From: a virus
Lineage: Duplodnaviria > Caudoviricetes
DNA: 38,697 nucleotides
Direction: 5' to 3' (one strand)
Virus record (IMG/VR): IMGVR_UViG_3300020045_006508
Coordinates: 1-38,697 of that record
The notes under the pieces were generated by a model. The model made no database searches. It was not told the DNA's origin and saw only the letters and a list, made by a program, of their open reading frames with translations. Shown one piece after another: positions 28,379 to 34,404 of this stretch (positions within the stretch are counted from its first letter, which is position 1; each line of letters starts with the position of its first letter). Made by a program: the position numbers and the translations under genes.

Positions 28379-29290
28379 CTAACTTCCGCTGCTTCCATAC
28401 AGTCCACGAACATCCGATGCCCCAAAACTGTATCTTTCACGGGCTTTACTTCTAAAGTTACCGGTGTTGAAATCAGGCTCAGTTTTAAACTGCACAGCAG
28501 TACGCTGGAACATCTTTAAACCGTCCATTGCATCAGTTTTGATAAACCAAGCATCAGCATCAGTTAATCGAGTCACGATCACAGGATCACGACCAAAGAT
28601 GCCTTTTTTGTTAATCGCGTTAATATCGTTATCAGCGGTATTAGTACGCAAGGTGCTATCCAACAAACGACAAGCGATAAACTCTAGCTCTGGTGGAATA
28701 ACTACATCCACTGGTTTTAAGGCAATTGGAATACCTCTATCATCTTTCGCTTTGCGAATTTGTACCAACAACTCTTCAATACTTGCTTCTGAAATATCAG
28801 CAGGCGTTGAAAGAATATTGCTGAATGTACCACCACCCACCAAAGGATGATCTGATGCCAGCAATGTTTTACCATCGCCATACAACACACCAGAACCAGA
28901 AAACGCATTGTTTAACACAGCAGCCGCACGGATTTCTTTTGCATTTTGCATTGCACGAGCTAACGCGCGAGTCAGTTTAGAACCGACCTGCATGTACAAA
29001 TTGTCCTCCATTGCTTCTTCTGTGATGTTAAACGCTAACGCCATTGTCACATGATCATAGCGAGACACCCAAGCTTCTGAGGCTTCGTCATAAGCGACAG
29101 CCGCGCCCTCAGCTTTAACCATTGCATTGCCGAAACCAGTCATCAGCACATCTTCTTCATACGCTTTTTTACTGTTTTCTACTTTAAACACTCTGGAAAA
29201 TTCAGGAGCTAAATCCTGATATTCCAAACCCCACACGGTATTCAAACCTAATTGTAATTGCCGTGCAATCTGACTACGAGAAATGGCCAT
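28379..29290 (-). CDS. Major capsid protein
   Basis: MAISRSQ....L..GLN..WGLEY...S.KAYEEDV..TGFG.A.VK.EG..V.YD...EEA.EDNLY...GDG..L....HP...KARERYSFG.SD.RG.YGS: widespread podovirus MCP family. Confidence 0.9.
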   Translation of the reverse strand: MAISRSQIARQLQLGLNTVWGLEYQDLAPEFSRVFKVENSKKAYEEDVLMTGFGNAMVKAEGAAVAYDEASEAWVSRYDHVTMALAFNITEEAMEDNLYMQVGSKLTRALARAMQNAKEIRAAAVLNNAFSGSGVLYGDGKTLLASDHPLVGGGTFSNILSTPADISEASIEELLVQIRKAKDDRGIPIALKPVDVVIPPELEFIACRLLDSTLRTNTADNDINAINKKGIFGRDPVIVTRLTDADAWFIKTDAMDGLKMFQRTAVQFKTEPDFNTGNFRSKARERYSFGASDVRGLYGSSGS

Positions 29291-29292
29291 GA

Positions 29293-29865
29293 TTAAATAC
29301 CTCCTGTGCCAGCGACGTTAGGACGCATGACGTGTTCGATAATCAAAGCCTCAACAATTGAATAAGGCCCTGCTACGTTTACGCCGTTGTCAACAATACG
29401 CAAAATGCGTAACGTCATGTTAGTGGTTGCTGTGCCTGCCGATACGTCAGCATTGACCGCTGAAACACCAGTCTTTGTACTGCCAGCCACATACTCAATA
29501 TCGACCAATTGACCAACATCAGCAGCAGCAGCTCCGGTTGCATCCGTTTGGATTTGGAAAATGATATTATGGTCGTCATACACTAAAGCGTTAATCTCAG
29601 TGCAGGATGCAGTACCAGGCCAGTAAGGAGAAAACTTTTTAGAACCCGTCGGGTCTTTGTAAGTACATCCAGCAAACACGCCCAAATTGTCGGCATTGCC
29701 AGCCTCAGACAACACAATCGTGCCATCGTTAGCCATTTGAACCAAATCACCACGAAAAATAGCGGTGGTATAGGATGCCGCAATCGGATATTCGTTTTCT
29801 CGAATCTCCCCGCCGCCTTGATGCCGCACTGGTTTTAGCCCGAATGCAGCGTCTACATTAGCCAT
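29293..29865 (-). CDS. Head decoration/cement-type protein
   Basis: MANVDAAFGLKPV...IF.GDLV...GVFAGC.Y.D; conserved position immediately before the MCP; AAGGAG SD. Confidence 0.65.
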   Translation of the reverse strand: MANVDAAFGLKPVRHQGGGEIRENEYPIAASYTTAIFRGDLVQMANDGTIVLSEAGNADNLGVFAGCTYKDPTGSKKFSPYWPGTASCTEINALVYDDHNIIFQIQTDATGAAAADVGQLVDIEYVAGSTKTGVSAVNADVSAGTATTNMTLRILRIVDNGVNVAGPYSIVEALIIEHVMRPNVAGTGGI

Positions 29866-29877
29866 GATAGGCTCCTT

Positions 29878-29893
29878 ACTGTCTCACGACAGT
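29878..29893. promoter_or_regulatory. Stem-TCAC palindromic element, copy 4
   Basis: ACTGTC-TCAC-GACAGT abutting the SD, 12 nt before the ATG at 29865. Confidence 0.6.
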
Positions 29894-29907
29894 GAAATGA
29901 AAAATGA

Positions 29908-30402
29908 TTAGTCGTCAATCGAGGCGATTCTGCCGCGACTGGCTTTTGAATTTTCTTCAAACTGCATTCGTGCGTTGCCCCGATCATTCGGGTCACGCGC
30001 GTTCAAGTAATTTTGTTTCACGGATTGCATTTGCATATCGGTGTTGTTTCTGACTTCCTCTTTGTGCCGATCAAGTAATTTTGTAGGGATTTCCATTAAA
30101 ATCATTCCCTGAATCCCGACTACATCTTGACCTTGAAAATCTATGTTCATTACAAACTGGCCTTTAGGCACAGTTGATAATGCACGGGGTCGCCAACCTT
30201 GATTAAACTTGCGCTGCAAATTTGTCTGGTCTTGGTCGCCCTTAATGGTGGTTCTTACCCATCTTTGCGAATAACCATCACGAGCAGGGATGTGTTTTGT
30301 ACTCAATAATGAGTCATCCCATGTTTGATATTCTTCGTGGATAGGTTCAGCTTCTCGCGTTTGTTGTGCTCGCGGTTTTCTGTCTAATAAATCTTCTGCC
30401 AT
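29908..30402 (-). CDS. Conserved head-module protein
   Basis: P.RDGY.QRWVR....G..D..N......GW.P...G.ILMEIP pattern found between scaffold and capsid genes. Confidence 0.65.
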   Translation of the reverse strand: MAEDLLDRKPRAQQTREAEPIHEEYQTWDDSLLSTKHIPARDGYSQRWVRTTIKGDQDQTNLQRKFNQGWRPRALSTVPKGQFVMNIDFQGQDVVGIQGMILMEIPTKLLDRHKEEVRNNTDMQMQSVKQNYLNARDPNDRGNARMQFEENSKASRGRIASIDD

Positions 30403-30406
30403 TTTC

Positions 30407-31210
30407 TTACCCTCTAGCCGATACGCTGCGTTTGTTTTTAATCCACATAGCCCGTTGTTTAGGGTCGTTGGGATTTAATCCGAAATCTTCCATGTCTGAT
30501 TTATCACGACTGGAAAACCCTTGCTTTTCATCATCACCAATAACTTGTCCGCGATCAACAGCCCCTGGTGAAGGTGGAGTTTCTCTGCGCTGTGGTTTAA
30601 ATTTTTGGCTAACGATATTATCAAGCTCTGCTAACGTGTCGGGGTCATTTGCGTCAAACCCAGAATTAAGCAAGTCAACATACGCTTTTTTAGCAAACTC
30701 AGCTTTAGGGGATTGTTCAAAAATCCACTTATTCTTTTCTTCCCATGATGCAATTGCAGCCGGTTTTTCATTAGTTACTACAGGCTCAGGCTGTTGCTGC
30801 ACTGGCTGTGGTCGAGTGCGTTGTGCTACTTTAATGTCCAGCAATTCATCATCCAGCAAAGCCGCTTTTTCAAAGTCGCCTTCTTCAAAAGCTTCGGTTT
30901 TTTGCCTTAAGATTTCTTGCCGCTTCTGTTCAAGGCTTGCATTGTCGGTTTCGGATTTATGCTTTTCAAGCTCAGACAATCGCGCCGCTAAACTAGCTGC
31001 TTCTTCACGTGCCACATTGCGCTCATAAGCAAGCTTATCTATACGCTTTTGAACCTTTTTGGAATAGGATTCTTTCTCAGGTTCAACGGGTTTATCTTCG
31101 GGTAACGATTCAACTCCGGCAACCTCGATTAAATCATCGAGCGCGGTTTCTTCGGTAGGTTCAATGGTGTCGATGTCATCATCGTAATCGCCATAGGTAT
31201 CTTGGGACAT
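30407..31210 (-). CDS. Capsid scaffolding protein
   Basis: Acidic N-terminus, YSKKVQKRIDKL motif, coiled coil, W...N.W; GGAG SD favours ATG 31210 over the ORF-track start at 31225. Confidence 0.7.
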   Translation of the reverse strand: MSQDTYGDYDDDIDTIEPTEETALDDLIEVAGVESLPEDKPVEPEKESYSKKVQKRIDKLAYERNVAREEAASLAARLSELEKHKSETDNASLEQKRQEILRQKTEAFEEGDFEKAALLDDELLDIKVAQRTRPQPVQQQPEPVVTNEKPAAIASWEEKNKWIFEQSPKAEFAKKAYVDLLNSGFDANDPDTLAELDNIVSQKFKPQRRETPPSPGAVDRGQVIGDDEKQGFSSRDKSDMEDFGLNPNDPKQRAMWIKNKRSVSARG

Positions 31211-31235
31211 AAAAAGCTCCATCAATGGGAATTGT

Positions 31236-31250
31236 GCGCTATCACAGCGC
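31236..31250. promoter_or_regulatory. Stem-ATCAC palindromic element, copy 5
   Basis: GCGCT-ATCAC-AGCGC upstream of the scaffold gene; different stem sequence, same loop. Confidence 0.5.
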
Positions 31251-31271
31251 GGTTCATAGCTAATGCTAAGG

Positions 31272-31676
31272 TTAAAGGGTGTTTAAAACTGATAAATCAT
31301 TGATAACGGTTGCAATTTCGTCATCATTAATGACTTTCAGCTTGTAAGTTTTACCCTCGTGTTGCACAACAACCACTTGGCCTGTGTAGCTGCTGTATTG
31401 AACAACGTCATCAATCTTGCACCAGGGCTTAGGCTCTCTTAATTCAAGTGGTATGCCACCCTGAAATTTAGGGTGCTTGTAGCACTCGTCGCCCATAGCA
31501 ACAATTTTTCCAACGTCACGAAAATACTCCAGTGTTTTTTGCGATTCGCCTGTTAAGACAATCCCGCCCTGAGTCTTTTCTTCAATTTTAATGGGAGCGA
31601 TTAATAATCGCCACCCTGCCGGTTTTGGCAATTTGTCCAGCGGTATGCCGTCCGCTTCAAAAGCAATGTTGCTCAT
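31272..31676 (-). CDS. groES: GroES/Cpn10 co-chaperonin
   Basis: LPKPAGWRLLI....EEKTQGGIVL...GKIVAMG..CY...PWCK..D.V....Y.G......LKVINDDEI. Confidence 0.85.
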   Translation of the reverse strand: MSNIAFEADGIPLDKLPKPAGWRLLIAPIKIEEKTQGGIVLTGESQKTLEYFRDVGKIVAMGDECYKHPKFQGGIPLELREPKPWCKIDDVVQYSSYTGQVVVVQHEGKTYKLKVINDDEIATVINDLSVLNTL

Positions 31677-31717
31677 GTATTATAAACCTGTAGTTGATAA
31701 TGTTTCATATTGTAAAC

Positions 31718-31921
31718 CTATTCTTCACTATCTGCATAATTTTTAATCGTGGAGTCAATTACCTCAATGGCTTTGCGTAAACCAGCTATTGTGCCAGTGC
31801 GTTTTTTGTACTCCTCAAATGATAATATTTTGCCGTCAATTAACAATCCGGCGACTAAATCTATCTCGCTGTTAATGTTGGCTTTCATTTCTATAATTAT
31901 CGGGTCCTCCTGTAAGCTCAT
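31718..31921 (-). CDS. Small conserved head-module protein
   Basis: 67 aa, G...SFEEYK...G.I.GL..A pattern typical between portal and GroES; AGGAG SD. Confidence 0.6.
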   Translation of the reverse strand: MSLQEDPIIIEMKANINSEIDLVAGLLIDGKILSFEEYKKRTGTIAGLRKAIEVIDSTIKNYADSEE

Positions 31922-32103
31922 TTTGTAAACAACTCCTTTTCTGGTTTTTGAAATGGCCCTAAATTAAACAGCGGCTTTTCAGTTATCGTAATGCAAACAA
32001 CGCTATCAGGTTTTATCATACAAGATGACAATGGAAGTCTCGTGCTTTTTACTTTAGCAATCGTGCTTAAAATATCTTCGATAGATGCTGTTTTTTGTTT
32101 CAT
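31918..32103 (-). CDS. Hypothetical protein
   Basis: 61 aa, GGAG SD, ATGA overlap with the next gene. Confidence 0.5.
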   Translation of the reverse strand: MKQKTASIEDILSTIAKVKSTRLPLSSCMIKPDSVVCITITEKPLFNLGPFQKPEKELFTK

Positions 32104-32127
32104 GATTTATCTCCAGATGTGAAGATG

Positions 32128-34404
32128 CTATTGTAACATCCTCCCATCATTACGCATTGTTTCAATTCCTTGCCCTGCTCCAACTGCTGCGCTTGGAATA
32201 TTCATATCAGGAAGTGGCATTGGTGGTTGTATTTGTTCGGGGTCTGGCACGGTAGGCGGGAATTGTGGCGAAGTGTTTTGCTCTGGTTGTGGCTGCACCA
32301 TTTGTCCTTGTTGTGCTGCACTATTCGCTATCGTTGCCAAAGGTTCGCCATTATGGTCAACATAGCCGCCAGACAATAACAAGGTATCCGCCGTTTGAAT
32401 AGCAGCAGGATTAGTCAATAATGCCATAGCAGCCTGTATGGATTGATAAATAGCTGTCATATTTTCGGACGTGGTTTGACTCGCCAGCCTGTCCATTTCA
32501 ACCTGTAGCTTTTTGTTCTCAAGCTCCAGTTTAGCAATAGCCAACTCTTGCTGTTTAGCTTGTGATTCAGCGATAGCCGGGTCTTTCTTAATCCATTCAT
32601 CCACGTTAGGGATTTTGATAGCCTCAAGCATTGACTTAAGCGCAAGGTCTAAATCCAGTCGGTCGGGGAATTGTTTAGCCAAATCAAAACCAGCTTGAGC
32701 GCGTAAGATTTTGGTAGTGTTGCCAATTACTGACGGGTCACTGACGGGAATAACATCAACCCGACCATCAAAGTCTGAGGGCATAATGTGCCGTTCAGCA
32801 CCACTTGTATAATATGGGTAGCCTTGTTCTGGCAAATACTCAGAATTTAACCGCGCTAAAATCCTGAACTCGTCACGGTGCGCTATGTGTAGCCGCAAGT
32901 AAATTGCAGACTCAATCTTTGCACCTTGTTCAATTAATGCAAGCGTAGTGCCTACTGGCGCGTTAACATTAGTGTTATCGGTTAGCACTCCTGCATTGCC
33001 GATAAACTCTTTCGCGTTTTCGTCTAGATAACCAAGCAACTGGAACATAACGTTACTAGGCTCATGGCGCGGCACTTGAAAGAAAGCTTTAGCCAGTTCT
33101 TCTGCGCTGCTATCAACTTCTTTCCATTCGCCAGGCTTCAAGGTTAAATCGCCGCCTTTAATCCGACTATCACGAGTTCTAAAACCACCCTGTAAGTTCT
33201 GAAACGCTGCACTATCCAACAACGCTCTTAGCGAACCTGTGGCACTATCCGCCATGCCACCGATAAAATGATACAAGCCATAGCCATAAAATCCCAGCCC
33301 AGGCATAAACTTGTAATGAGCAAACGCAAGTCGTGCTTCCATCCCTTCATCATCAGGTCGCCAGTTTCTTTGCAGTCTTAATACTTCCTGTGAGTCACGA
33401 TCTACCCAAACAGTGTAAGGCAGTGCTATTTCAGTAGGTTCTCCATCTTCGCCTAAATGCTCAAAGTCTGGAATGTCCAGCTCGATGTACATTTCCAGAA
33501 TGGTGTGCCGGTTATCATCCACCCCAACACGATGACGACCTTCTGTGTCGTCAATCTCTGTTTTAACATCGGGGTAATTCCACATTTCATTAGTTGGCTT
33601 GGTTAGCTTCTTGCCTTTTATGTAGTAACCAGATGCAACCTTTTTCATTACAACGTTATGAGATTCGCGGTATCTGTGCGTGTAACGTGGAGCAGTTGAT
33701 AAATCTGTGGCACTAAATGGCACAATGAAATCAGCAGGCTCTACAAAGCGACTGACTAACTTGCGGCAAATTGGGTCAAAGTAAAGCTTTTTAAAACACG
33801 ATCCTGCTAACGGCAATCTGAACAGCATTTGATCTTCTTCTTGAAACCCGCCTGGCATATCTTCCGTGTACTGGAAATTCATAAAACTTTCCACGCGGTC
33901 ACTCTGGGCAATTCGTTCAGGCGTTTGATTTCCCAACACGATAGTTTTAACGGGGCCATCGGTAGGCCACATTTCAATCAATGCCCGACTGTGAAATTGA
34001 ACTGCTGCTTTAGCGAGTAAAGGATGCACAACAACACTTGCCCCGTCAAATTCTGCGCCGCCCGAAACTTTATCGCTCACGCCTAACGCACGGATACCTT
34101 CTTTCTCACGCTTAGACCAGCCTTCACGGGTTTTCTCATCCCATAAAACCCAGTTGACAATATCGCCGCCTAGTTTTCCAAGAAAAGATGAGTCAATAAA
34201 CGGCACTAAGTTATCGTAGTGTGCAGCCGGTTCTTCACGGTCATTTTCCATAAACTCATGATAGGCTGCTAGTTCTTGCGGGTCTAGCATTTGTTCAGCG
34301 GTTAGCCCTTCGTTTTCGGCAATGGCAACAGCAGCGAGGATGGTGTCAATATCTAGTTCTGGCATAATTTCATCATCCATAAATTCTAATTTCTGTTCTG
34401 GCAT
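32128..34404 (-). CDS. Portal protein (P22-like podoviral)
   Basis: GAS.VVHPLL..A.VQF...A..E..P..GPVK, LPLAGS.FKK.YFD, F.HYKF.PG.GFYG.GL, APVGTTLAL.E, DFDGRVDVIPVSDP; follows TerL; start 34404 or 34413. Confidence 0.9.
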   Translation of the reverse strand: MPEQKLEFMDDEIMPELDIDTILAAVAIAENEGLTAEQMLDPQELAAYHEFMENDREEPAAHYDNLVPFIDSSFLGKLGGDIVNWVLWDEKTREGWSKREKEGIRALGVSDKVSGGAEFDGASVVVHPLLAKAAVQFHSRALIEMWPTDGPVKTIVLGNQTPERIAQSDRVESFMNFQYTEDMPGGFQEEDQMLFRLPLAGSCFKKLYFDPICRKLVSRFVEPADFIVPFSATDLSTAPRYTHRYRESHNVVMKKVASGYYIKGKKLTKPTNEMWNYPDVKTEIDDTEGRHRVGVDDNRHTILEMYIELDIPDFEHLGEDGEPTEIALPYTVWVDRDSQEVLRLQRNWRPDDEGMEARLAFAHYKFMPGLGFYGYGLYHFIGGMADSATGSLRALLDSAAFQNLQGGFRTRDSRIKGGDLTLKPGEWKEVDSSAEELAKAFFQVPRHEPSNVMFQLLGYLDENAKEFIGNAGVLTDNTNVNAPVGTTLALIEQGAKIESAIYLRLHIAHRDEFRILARLNSEYLPEQGYPYYTSGAERHIMPSDFDGRVDVIPVSDPSVIGNTTKILRAQAGFDLAKQFPDRLDLDLALKSMLEAIKIPNVDEWIKKDPAIAESQAKQQELAIAKLELENKKLQVEMDRLASQTTSENMTAIYQSIQAAMALLTNPAAIQTADTLLLSGGYVDHNGEPLATIANSAAQQGQMVQPQPEQNTSPQFPPTVPDPEQIQPPMPLPDMNIPSAAVGAGQGIETMRNDGRMLQ

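Noticed and set aside
30366-31028. 220-aa + strand ORF opposite the scaffold gene
   Set aside because: Ser/Leu-rich antisense shadow of an E/K-rich gene with no domain motif, unlike the HNH case
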